Source: Gnetum montanum (taxonomy: Eukaryota > Plantae > Gnetophyta). Taken from it: a DNA stretch of 64,000 nt. How positions within the stretch are numbered: the stretch's first letter is position 1; every line of letters starts with the position of its first letter. The stretch covers positions 378,906-442,905 of the forward strand of contig MNCI01002347.1 in assembly GCA_015680685.1 (NCBI GenBank). Direction: 5' to 3'. The position numbers and the translations under genes were made by a program. Below are positions 52,950 through 64,000 of the stretch, piece by piece. The notes under the pieces were generated by a model, which was given only the letters and a program-made list of their open reading frames with translations, made no database searches and was not told the DNA's origin.

Positions 52950-55900
52950 TCATACACTTTAAGTTTTGCTAACTCTAGTAAGAATTTAACAATCTCAAAC
53001 TCATTACCAATAAGCTAGTATATAATATTATTCCATCTATAGATTATACTCTAGTCACTTATGTACACTTTTGACATGTATGATTGGACATTGGGAACTC
53101 ATGCTATTCATTAGAATTTTTGGGACCATACTATACACTAATTCATATAAGTATCCTATAGGAAATTTTCAAGTGAAGTGATAAGCCCATAAGGCATTGT
53201 TGAGTTCATACTCTAGTCTTTCCTATACTTACTAATTATTCTACTAAGTATATATGTAATCTTGTGATTAGTTACTTCAACTTGACTATTAGCTTAGGGA
53301 TGGCAAGTTATAGTAAGTTTATGTTTTAGCTTTAAGCATCTCATCAACTTTTAAAAGGTAGCACTTGTAACATAGGTATTATTATTAGAAATAAGTACTC
53401 TTGGCTCACCAAACTTTTGTAGCACTTCTTGCTAAAGAAATCTTGTGGCTAATACTATGGTACAATTAGTCACTACTACAACTTCTACCCATTTTATATA
53501 ATAGTTTATAGCAATAATAATATAGAACTTTTTATTTGACATGGATGTGATAAGACCCATGAAATTAATTCCACACAAGTTGAATGGTTCTAATGATTTG
53601 ATCCATTACTAAGGATGCTTAAGCCTAGCTTTCATCCCAGCATCACATTCACATTTATTGTATAAGTTAACAAATTGGTGCACATCTCTAAACACTATTA
53701 TCTAGAAGTATCCTGCAATGAGGATTTTTATTATCATTTGTCTCCATAACTAGTGGCCACTACAAGGCTATTCATGAATATTTTAGAGAATTTTGATTTG
53801 ATCTTTTATAACATACCATCATGCCACACCATCTATACAAATTTTATATAGATTTCCCTCTATCTCCATGTAGCACTTAATTTGATGTAGGAATTGTTGT
53901 GTCCTGTATTTGTACCATCTAGTAGGAACATCTTATGAGAGTAAGTAGGTGAGGTATTTAGCTTGAATAAGTTAGATGTAACCATTATTTATTTCACAAA
54001 AAACAACTCATTATGGAACTAATTAGAGAGTGGTTCTTCATCAACTTCGTTATTCCATCACAACCGAGACAAGTAATCAAGTACAACATTCTCAATTTTC
54101 TTTATGTCAAACTCTCACAAAATCACTAACCATCATATGATGTGAGGGTTAAACATTGGCTTGTTCCTAAGAAACCAAATCACACTATGATCAATGTACA
54201 TAAAAACTAGATATTCAAAAACATGATGCCTAAATTTGTTTAGGGAATATACCATGTCCATGATTTCCTTTTCATGGTGGTATAATTCAACTACACACTT
54301 AAAATACTCCTACTCATGTAATGGATGTGGTATCGGCATTGTTTAGCACCCAACTACATGAGTATAACTACCAAGGTAGAGTTAGATGCATCTATCATAA
54401 TAGCTTAGTCTAATTAGATGCTTCTGGTATTGGAGTTTCTATGAGCTTTTATTTCAAAAGTTTGAATATCTGATCATATTTCTTAATCCATTCAAATGTT
54501 ACATCCTTTTTCTTAATTGCACTAGTGGTTTAGTAAATTTTGAAAAGTTTTCAATGAATATCTTGTAGTAGAAAGTGTGTCCAAGAAAATACCTAACATA
54601 TTTCATAGTCTAAAGTCTCTATGTTATTTCTTGGATTACTCTTATCTTCGTAGGATCCACTTCTATCCCTTTCTCTAACACTTGGTAGTTAAGAAAAATA
54701 TTCTTCTAGACCATAAGATGGCTTTTTTGCCAATTGAACTTAAGATTGGTTTTTACACAACGTTTTAACAACTACTAGAGGGTCTATTTATTAATTAAAA
54801 TCAAAGTTGTAAGTAGAGAAGTCATCCATGAAGACTTCCATACCATTGTCACTCTATTATTTGAAGATATTGAGGACTATGTGTTGGAACATTATAGGAG
54901 TATTACATAAATAAATGATTATCATTTTGTAAGCAAAATTCTCCTAGGGAAATCTAAATTTAGTCTTGACCTAATCTTCTTAGGCTATCTAGATTTGATT
55001 GTAGCAACTGTAGCAATACAAGAATCTGTAATAGTTGTGACTTGCAATGGTGTCCAACACTTAGTTAACAAGTTGCAAAAATTGGTCTTTAAAGATTGTC
55101 ATATTTAATAGCTTGAAGTCAATATAGATCCTTCACTAGTTCTCTTTCTTTGGTACAATGATAAGTAGGCTCATCCACTTACTATGTACTACATGATAGA
55201 TGAATATAACTTTTAGGAGCTCCTCAATTTTCTTTTAGATAACTTTATTTAATTTTGGATTCAATTTACACTACATCTATTATTTAGGCTTCATGGTCAA
55301 ATCAAAGTAGATTTGTTATTGATATATGTAAGGATCAATTTCTATTATTTCATCATATTACTAAGTAAAGGTTGTTGGTTATTTATTCATGATCTCTAAT
55401 AACTTATATTTTTTCTCTTGTATGAACTTTGCATTCACAATTCCGATTTATAATTTTTCAAGAACACATTCTTTAGAGATTATACTAATGTTTTGATTTC
55501 AATGGGATTTGGTTCAATCATTTTAGGAATTTTCAACTTCCCCCAATTCATCTATACTTCTTGTCTATTTTTTTGCATGTAAAAGTTGTCATTTCAACTA
55601 TTCTATATCATCCAATTTATCAATGTAAGCATTTTTTACGGCTTCTCAAGGTTTCATGCACATAATGGACTTATAACTTTCATTTTTTATTAGCCATTCA
55701 GTGTTTTCTTGCTTAGTAACTACTGCATATAGGCACTTCTACACCCACATTAATTCTTCATATGACTTGTACACTCTGATGATTTTTTTACCTACCACAC
55801 AAATTTTCTACATGTAATTACATCATGTGTCATTATATGTGATTCATGAAACATACTTCTTCTCTATAACTCCATGTTCATTTTCTTTGGAAATTTCCAA

Positions 55901-57790
55901 GTACGAGTTTTTATTCCCTACCTTGGCATCAATGGTGCTTAGCCAAGATTTTTCCATGATGATAGGAGACTCTCCCTTGCAATTGTTAACATGAATCACA
56001 AGGAAATTAACAAGATATGATCATTCACTGATGGTGTTCATAGAGTCTTCCATCAATCCCAAGGGAATATTGATAGACTAATCAACAAGCTCTATCCTGA
56101 TGCTACATTTCTTTAAAGAAGATAGGTTCCAAGCTTTGTACATTTCTTATAAGTTCAAGTTAACTCCAAAACCTAAATCTAGTAAAGGCTTGCATGGTGC
56201 ATTCCCAACACTTTGTAGATAGATAAGGAAACTTCCTCAATTAGTTATTTTATTGAGAAGATCAATTGCCTTAATCCAATTGGTAACAACATGAGTTAAC
56301 ATGATAATTTGAACATTTTATACACTTTATTTTGAAGGTAGGTTGGAATCCATTTGCAATAATGTATGTATGGGATTCACAGCCACAGATGCTTACACAA
56401 GTTTGGATGGATTAGGTCTAAATAATGAACGCTTCTAAGGCTTACACTTAGAACTTCTTGAGTTGACATTCACTTATATGTTCATAGCACTTGTAGCATT
56501 TTGTTGTTATGATTGTGGAGGTCTCTTGCCTTGAATGAGTTGAGAAAGTAATAATGATTAGAAACATGAGATTGTAAGTTGTATGAGAAATGAGGATCGT
56601 ATGAGGAAGATTTAGTTCATCAAGTAGTGGGTTTATGGTACTCTAGAGGATAATAAAGGTGAGCAAAGACATGAGTGATACAATCACTCGGGGACACAAG
56701 CTACTAAACATAATAACCATAAGGATTAGATTTCTTGTAGAGATACTGCTACCTTAATGGTAGCATTTCCCACAACTATGAGATTTACAACTACTTATGA
56801 TAATAGTCTTGAGATTAAAGAGAAGCCACACTAGGATAGTATTGTTATGGTTGTTAGGACTACTTATAGTTGTCTTGTGGATAAGGCAACCTTCTCGATG
56901 CTTACCTCTTAACTAGTTTTGGATTTAAGGCTCAAACCCAAGATTCTTGAAGGTGTAACAAACCTAGGTAGCATTTCTTAGGATATTAATATTGGCATAT
57001 GTCACATCCTTCATCATTTGAATTAAAGTTTGAAACCTCTTTTACTCTCACGGCTTTTCATTTGTATTGGTCATAGTTCCTAGTAGTGTTATTTTTCTTT
57101 TATTAATCCTTTCCTTTGGATCTACCTTACTTTGATCTTTTCTTCATAACCTTACGTACTAATTGAAAATTTTTATTAATTAAGTTCAATATTTTATCAA
57201 ATTTGGCCAATGTTTCAGTGCTAGATTTTTGTATTGGTAAAGTATTTTATTAAACCACTTCCTTTAATGGTGCCTCCTCTTCCTATTCATAAAGATAGAC
57301 CTTTTTGTGGTTAGAAGAATCTTTGTTATGCTCCTCAATGCACTGTCACTTCCTTAACTTTCCTTCTTCCTTTGTGACCCAATCAATAAACCTTTGAATA
57401 AGAGTTTCCCTTGAAAATTTCTTTTTGGGCATAGATCCCAATTTTTTCCCTTGTCTTATTTATAAGTCCATTTATGATATGATGTAGTTGTTTCCTTTCA
57501 AAGAAATCATGATCTAGGTATTTGTATAATAGTAAGTAACATCTACTCAAGATCACATAAAGGGAATCATGATTGCATTCCCTCCATTCCTAAATCTACT
57601 TTCTTAGATTGGACACTCGAGAGTATGTCTAATATTTACCAGTAATGATCTCTAGCATCATACTCCATCTTCAAATTAATTCTATTTTCAAGGATTGGTA
57701 TCAACTTTTCTCTTCCTTGATGAGTGTCTTATGGAATAAATTCAACATTTGTCATCCATTCTCTATGTTTCACAAAGTACATGTGATAAA
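52950..57790 (-). mobile_element. Element G: old Athila-like gag-pol remnant without recognisable own LTRs
   Basis: Minus strand: gag 56400-57790, PR CKPLLDLGFGVNL (~56160-56195), RT VFMDDFS (~54820), RH ~54050-54450, INT PFNLCGINFMG (~53560-53590) and KYRKD*...NALWAY (~53180-53230). Confidence 0.85.
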
Positions 57791-57829
57791 TCAATTTTTT
57801 TATTGTAAGAATAATATATAGCTCATTAT

Positions 57830-58303
57830 ATAATGTCGTAGATATAATATAGTGAGTTGAGGTCATGCCTATGAATATGAGCACCCCATTATGTCAAACT
57901 TGCCTTTTGGTTTTTCTAGCAGCAAAACTCTTGTAATTTTATTTCTTGAAGTTAGTTTTAGTTGTGAGTACCTATAATTTGATTTTAAACAATTGCCTAG
58001 CATATTTATTTGAATGGAGTATACTTGGATGCACTTCATGCTTGACAATAAAGATCAAGATTATTCTTCGCTATTACATAATTTCACCTTGACTAGATTT
58101 ATTTTTCACTTGCATTTTACATTTCAAATATCATTTAAATTTTCTACATTTATTAGTTATTTAGTGGAATAAGTATAACTAATCTTGAATGCATAAATAT
58201 AATCTTCTAGTAACCCAATATTGACTTAGCTTGACTTGCTTAGTAGTACATTACATGGTAATCCTAGTGATAGTTATATTAGCAAAGGGAGTGTATGGCA
58301 AAT
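57830..58303 (+). repeat. LTR fragment H (same family as the C LTR), interrupted by element F
   Basis: Collinear with 52370-52815 (cctat.aata.gagc, tgtcaaact, ggtaatcctagtga.a.ttatattagc). Confidence 0.75.
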
Positions 58304-59054
58304 TGATGAGTGGCAAGGTACCCCTACACTCAACCATACGAATACGAGCATCTCACGTGCAAGCCAGTTGAACTCCAAGGACTAAGTGCTTACGTGCCCT
58401 AATGGAACACTTAAGGTTAATCAATCGTTGTCTTCCCAAACTTACTTGTATTGTCACGGTTGTATGATTAAGTAAGCGTGAGGTATACGAGTTTTATATC
58501 TTTTATCTTTTAATGTATTTATGCTAATGAGGAAAGGTGAAGAGAACTAAATGGCTACTTTCGCTAACTATTCACTAACTAAGTTCTAATTGTCCTAACA
58601 CCAGTATCCATTCCCACTTTCCACACACATCCTGAACTAGTGTAACACTGCTAGGATTACCAAACGCTAATCGTTACTGGGTTACCAAGTGCTACACACA
58701 TGCTCAAAGCGGTCGTACTGAGTGCACTTAACTTGGAGAGTCAAGAGTTGAGAGATTAATTATCTAGGGAAGCATTTAAACATTTAACAATAATTAAATC
58801 CTATTTAGCTTAGTCCACATGCTGCAAGGTTTATCAGAAAGTTCGTCTTTATTGCCTTATACAAATGTGTGCTCAAGTACAATTTGGTCAAATAAAGATC
58901 AGTTCACTTTAAGACTCCTACTACAGACACATGGAAATTATTCTAACTCTGGAATGGTAAAACTGCTATAGTTTGGCTAAGGGTCTAACTCTAGATGAAG
59001 AAACAAGGGAAAGCCGCCTCTTATTTATAGACATTGTGGAGGGCCGTGATATTG
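58304..59054 (-). repeat. 3' LTR of element F
   Basis: Homologous to the D LTR. Right boundary placed by alignment of the following tract (catgactgaatgaaaatgcatcct) with D 36229 onward. Confidence 0.82.
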
Positions 59055-61559
59055 TGTCTCCATGACTGAATGAAAATGCATCCTTGAGTTCCTTACAAAA
59101 TATTAGGAAGGTATGGGATTATTGACTTCAATGACACTAATGGTGAATGGGGTGACATGTGAACAGATCATCATTACAATACATGACAAAATTAGTGTTC
59201 ATGAAAACAAGAGTGAACACTATACACATTTGACATCCAGCCTTATTTGGCAGTTGAGAGAGAAGAGAGAGAACAGAAGATGTGTTGCTACCGATGCCAA
59301 AATTGCACCTTTCATTGTCCATCCATAAGCACGCCATCGATCTTGTTCCTTGCATAAGTGCTCCAGCACCAGTCCATTCTAAGGGTTCCCTCCAGATCCA
59401 ATCTATTATTGTATAATTGCCATCTGCACACACAACACAGTCTTATATTAGCAAGGGTAAATGAATCAAAATGCAGTTGATACCTTGCCTCAGTGTAAGG
59501 TCCATAAGCTGAGTTGTGATATGGATGATGTGGATTTTGGAGATATAACACTAGTGAATACCCAAGGTGTAGGGATTAATAAAAAATAGAAAACTTTGGA
59601 CCAGGACCCCCATGACTAAGAGCGAACCTCCGGTAGCGAGAGAATGGAAAAAGATAAGGAATAAGAAATATGGAGAAAAAGGAACAACGACAACGCCGAT
59701 AAAATGGATGTCAAGGATAGAGATGAACAAAATAAATGTTGATTGTGAAAAGTTTTAAGGAAAAGAAATTAATGGATGAACCAAATAGGAATGCCAGTGG
59801 GTCCTCCCCAAAGCAGGCTCATGCCCGTAATGCCCTGATAATCCCGCATTCAAAGAGTCCGTAGGCTCTAGAAATGTCATTTGGAAACAAGAGTTAAAGT
59901 CTTAACCACAAGAATTTACCAAAAATAAAACAATGCATCAACCAAAATATAGACTATTGATACAACTGGAAATGAGGTGAAAAATAGAGAAAGAATGATG
60001 GAAAGAAGAGAATAGAATGGAGTCTCAAGAACAAGGTGATGTACATCCTCTTGTGTATTAATGGTTAATGTGACTTAGTAGATCTCATTCCAAATCCAAC
60101 CTTAAACAATCCACATCCAGTGACTTCACATTAATACATTTGGCCAATCCATCCACCTGAAGTAACAAGAATGCCTCCGCCAAAAAGTCACCACCATTCC
60201 GACGAAACAAGAAAGGAGAAAGTAGGAAGTAAGAGAGGGCCTTAGTTAGAGGAAACATGTTTGTTTAGTTCCATAACCAGTGCTTGTAGCCCAAATGATT
60301 ATTTTGTCTAAGGGATGTGCTTTGAATTCTCACTTTTCACTTTTCACTTGTTTTTTTCTTATTTTTTGTTTTTTTACGTGAGAACCACACCATGCAAAGA
60401 CTTATTATTTTTATTGGCTCAGCTTCCCGATAATGGAGCAATTGTCAGAATGGTAAGGAAACTCAAGAAGGAAACATCCAAGCACCCAAGAGAATGGTTA
60501 GCACAAACGCATCAAGTTCCCTTGAAGTCAGACCCTTTTCAGTCCTTGAGTCCTTCCTTAGTTTGAAAAATGCCCAGTCACCAATTCATTGATAGTTCTT
60601 ATTATTCAAGGAAAGGGACTGTACATTTCCAAGCTAAGAGAGACCATAGAAATTCATGGGTGCATGAATGACGTGGACTCATTGCCTATTATATCAAAAG
60701 AACCATACCTTAGTATCAACATTATAACTCAAGGGTAAAAACTAAACATTAGCAATCAATGGAATATAGTTCATACCATTTTTGGAGCACTTATTAGGTG
60801 ACAAACCTAACAAACAAACCAATCACATAAATAAATAAAAGAGTATAAACAATGTTGTAAAATAAAAAATAAGAAAAGTTAAAGAAAGTTGTAAAACAAA
60901 AATGTGTAAAACAAAAACTTAAAAAGGAACTGAGGGCCTCAATTGATCAACATAGGTGGCCATCTTCCCCATGACTGAATTGAAAGGGGGAGATCCGAGA
61001 TAACAAGCGAGGTCGTCCCTTCTCCGAGGTATTATGTGCATTGACCATTCTAGATTCATTATAAGGGTTGGTCTGTTGCACATTGGCTAGTAATCTCCTA
61101 TCGGAGCTCTTGTTTGCATTTCTTAGGAGTTCCCAACTTCTCCCAATTGANCGCCAGCTCTAAGCGAATATTGCTCTTCTTTAGTGGAGGTAGGTTTNCT
61201 AGTGTATATATGCTTTCGATGTGCGTGCAAGATGTTTCCTCAGTTAGTTCCATGNAAGTCTAGAAGAGCTTTACATGGTTCATTCCCAGCGACTTGTAGA
61301 TNCCACGAGGTGTCTTTCTATTGTGTGGTTGCTACATATAGGCACTTTTGTATATTAAATTCCTGTGCATAACTATTTCATGCAGGCAATGCTGAACATT
61401 CTTGGATGCAATCACACCTTGTATCACTGTATNAAAGCCTTATTTGATGGAGAAGAATTTAGAGGCTCAATCGCTTGTGGTTGTGAGAGCTTGGTTGGAC
61501 TGTTGGTCCTAAAGAAAGGTCTTCTCTTTGTACGGTTGTCAGAACCAACAATGGGTTGA

Positions 61560-63856
61560 AGGTTTACAACCCTTGTAGCATTGTGTTGTTACGGTTGAGT
61601 GGGGAGTTCCCCTTGCATTTCCAGAGCAGGTGGTAATGGAGCGATTGGTGTGAGAGTTGCGGATGGGTTTGGAGGATGGTATGTTTGTGGGTTGTCTCTC
61701 CTAGGATGAGTCCTATAATACTCCTGAGCTTGGTAGTGACGTTGTGGTGTAACGTGACCAACAGAGTCACGTGGAGAGATTGGCTACTGCATGTAATAGC
61801 CATATGGATCTGGTTGCCAGTAAGGGTATTGTTGCCTTGGTTGTGGCATCCCCCATGATTGTGGGTATTGCCACTGCTAATGTTGCTCAATAGGTTGTGG
61901 CAGCGTTCCACTTGGATAATACGTTAAAGGTTGGTGGAACTGCCTTGGATTACCTTGGGGATAAGGTAACCTTTGGGGTGCTTGCTGTTTGTTAAGTCAT
62001 GGGTTGAGTGCATACACCCCAGATTCTTGTAGATGTGAGATTATTGGATAACATCCCTTAGGATGGTCATATTGGCATATCTCACATCCACCGTCATTGT
62101 CCGTATCAGAATCCACAACCTCTTCGGTGATAGCCATTTTACCCTTACCTTTGTTATGTGCATGGTCCAAATCCCTTTTTTTCTTTTTATCATAGTTACT
62201 ACCTCGCTCCTTAGACTCCTCTACAATTTTAAGAACAGTTTCAAATCTACTATCCAAGGAGTACCACATTTGGTCTACCTTTTTTGACAATTCTGTTGTT
62301 AATTTTTGGAGTGGCAAGGTTTTCCTATTTACCATCTCCTCGAGTGGTGACTCTTCCTCCTCCTCATAGAATCTCATTCCCCTTTTTCGGAGAGAAGGAT
62401 CGCGGTTGTACTCTTCCACACTTTCTCTCTTACATAGCTCCCCTTCTTCCTTAGCTACTTACTCGAGCAATCTATGGACCTGATGCTCTAATAATCTCTC
62501 TTGGGCATACATTCCAAGGGTTCTCCTGGTTTCATGCCTAAGTCCATCTATGAGATGGCGTAGTTGATCCTGCTACGAGTAACCATGGCCTGGGCAACAA
62601 TGTAATAGTGCATAATAACAGCCAATGGTAGCATCCAAGGATTCATGATTTCCCTACTTCCATCCTTGGATTTACTTTCATAGGTTGGACACCCAGGAGT
62701 ACGTTTGATACTTATCATTAAACAGTTCTAGCATCTTAATCCACCTCCTAATGGTTTCCGGTACTAAGGAACGATACCAGCTTTCTGCTTCTTTTACTAG
62801 TGTCCTTGGGAACAACTTTAGTTTTTGCCACTCATTTTCTATGTTCTGCAAGGCATGTGCATCATGGAATGCTTGTAGATGATTTTAAGGATCAGCGTTG
62901 TATCCCCCCTCAAATTGTAGGATATTATTCATGTCTAACCTCTTGATCCTACTATCTTTTTGGTGCCTTGTGGGGATTCTTATGGCCTCCTTGATGTCTA
63001 ACATGCTTCGGGTTGCAAGTAGGGGTTCTTCATGGTCATTTCATTCATAGCATCTATGATGTCTATGCGGTTCCCTACTCTCCCTTCTTCCATGCCGTGA
63101 TTCTCTAGAGTGCCCTTGTCCTTGTTCTTGACTCTCTCGTCGAGGTTTCTCACTCTGTTTACCTTTATCCTCACGGTTAGNTCACATTCACCCTCTTCTT
63201 CAGTGTCAGGATGCAGTCATAAAGAACCTAACCGTGAGGATAAAGGTAAACAGAGTGAGAAACCTCGACGAGAGAGTCAAGAACAAGGACAAGGGCACTC
63301 TAGAGAATCACGGCATGGAAGAAGGGAGAGTAGGGAACCGCATAGACATCATAGATGCTATGAATGAAATGACCATGAAGACCCCCTACTTGCAACCCGA
63401 AGCATGTNAAGGGGGAACATCAAATTTCACTTAAGATGGGTGGAGCGTTATGGGGTTCTTTTCCCTTCAACGATGTATAGTATCTCTCCTGTTGTAAGTC
63501 CCTTTGACGTTGCACTTCTATGGGATGGTAATCCCTTGTGTCATAATTTCATGCACGTACTCTGCATACAACTATAACATGCCTATTCGTGCAAGAGCAC
63601 GAAGGAGATCTGGAGGCAATACTATGTTACCCTCCAAGTCTCTCCAATGCAGTTGTTCATCTTGATGGAGAATAAAGGTAAAGTCAGGTACATATTCATC
63701 ATGATGAATATATACCACATGAAATTGGTGAGGAACTAGCGGATCTTGGTTACGTGTGTTGTTCCGCCGACTATCTCTTGTGTTGGTCCTAGGTGGTGAA
63801 GTTCTTTTGTGCGAAGAAGAAGACATTTTAGTCTTGTTCGATGTGTTTCTTATCAT
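61560..63856 (-). pseudogene. gag: gag of element F
   Basis: NILQFEGGYNADP*NHLQAF...KLKLFPRTLVKEAESWYRSL...W...LELF (Retrotrans_gag-like, ~62700-62930) and CEICQYDHPKGCYP. Confidence 0.8.
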
Positions 63857-63953
63857 TATCTTATTTTTCTTTTGATCAACCCTAAGGGTTCATTCTAGCT
63901 TCCCAACGATGTGGATGATTTCCTATGTTCTATGTAGCGCACAAACAACTAAG

Positions 63954-63971
63954 TCCCCGGCAACGGTACCA
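63954..63971 (-). promoter_or_regulatory. Primer-binding site complementary to tRNA-Asp 3' end
   Basis: Minus strand TGGTACCGTTGCCGGGGA vs canonical Athila PBS TGGCGCCGTTGCCGGGGA, 1 nt from the LTR end. Confidence 0.9.
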
Positions 63972-63972
63972 A

Positions 63973-64000
63973 TGATGAGTGGCAAGGTACCCCCACACTC
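63973..64000 (-). repeat. 3' end of the 5' LTR of element F (continues beyond the window)
   Basis: 27 of 28 nt identical to 58304-58331. Confidence 0.9.

Larger units (their letters stand above)
58304..64000 (-). mobile_element. Element F: younger Athila-like element with gag but lacking RT-RH-INT (non-autonomous)
   Basis: LTR starts tgatgagtggcaaggtacccc at 58304 and again at 63973, with PBS and gag present. The 3' region 59780-61030 is homologous to D 40090-41560. Confidence 0.85.

Noticed and set aside
59312-59551. 79-aa minus-strand ORF in F at the accessory-ORF position
   Set aside because: Short, with no recognisable similarity to the D/C accessory ORF or known domains.
61151-61433. 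Mosaic of short segments where the protease of F should be
   Set aside because: Five single Ns make the order and content unreliable, so loss of protease cannot be claimed.
63001-63407. 180-bp near-perfect inverted repeat (63001-63180 / 63228-63407) and resulting + strand ORFs
   Set aside because: The second arm is bounded by Ns (63181, 63408), consistent with a mis-oriented assembly fragment of gag.

Overview
AT-rich, CpG/CHG-depleted plant heterochromatin (most consistent with a large-genome seed plant such as a gymnosperm; inference) made almost entirely of nested, decayed Ty3/Gypsy LTR retrotransposons. No intact host gene was found. Two divergent Tat-clade elements (A, minus strand, 1-13391; B, plus strand, ~17975-32435) share an unusual layout. 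Their gag-protease ORF ends at a stop codon at the same position in both, followed by a TAAACT(A/G)GC tandem array, then a multi-exon gene on the opposite strand with homologous splice sites. In B, RT-RNaseH-archaeal-type RNaseH-integrase resumes only after this ~6 kb insert. The right half holds Athila-like elements (C, D, F, G and an LTR fragment H) nested in one another, with target-site duplications, a tRNA-Asp PBS and a sense-strand accessory (env-like) ORF. In both lineages a family-specific CG-containing motif is concentrated in the LTR promoter region and again upstream of the accessory gene, which suggests a retrotransposon-encoded, sequence-specific regulatory or anti-silencing system (hypothesis). 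Several single-N-flanked inverted segments are probably assembly artefacts. All coordinates inside degraded domains are approximate, and all alignments were done by eye.
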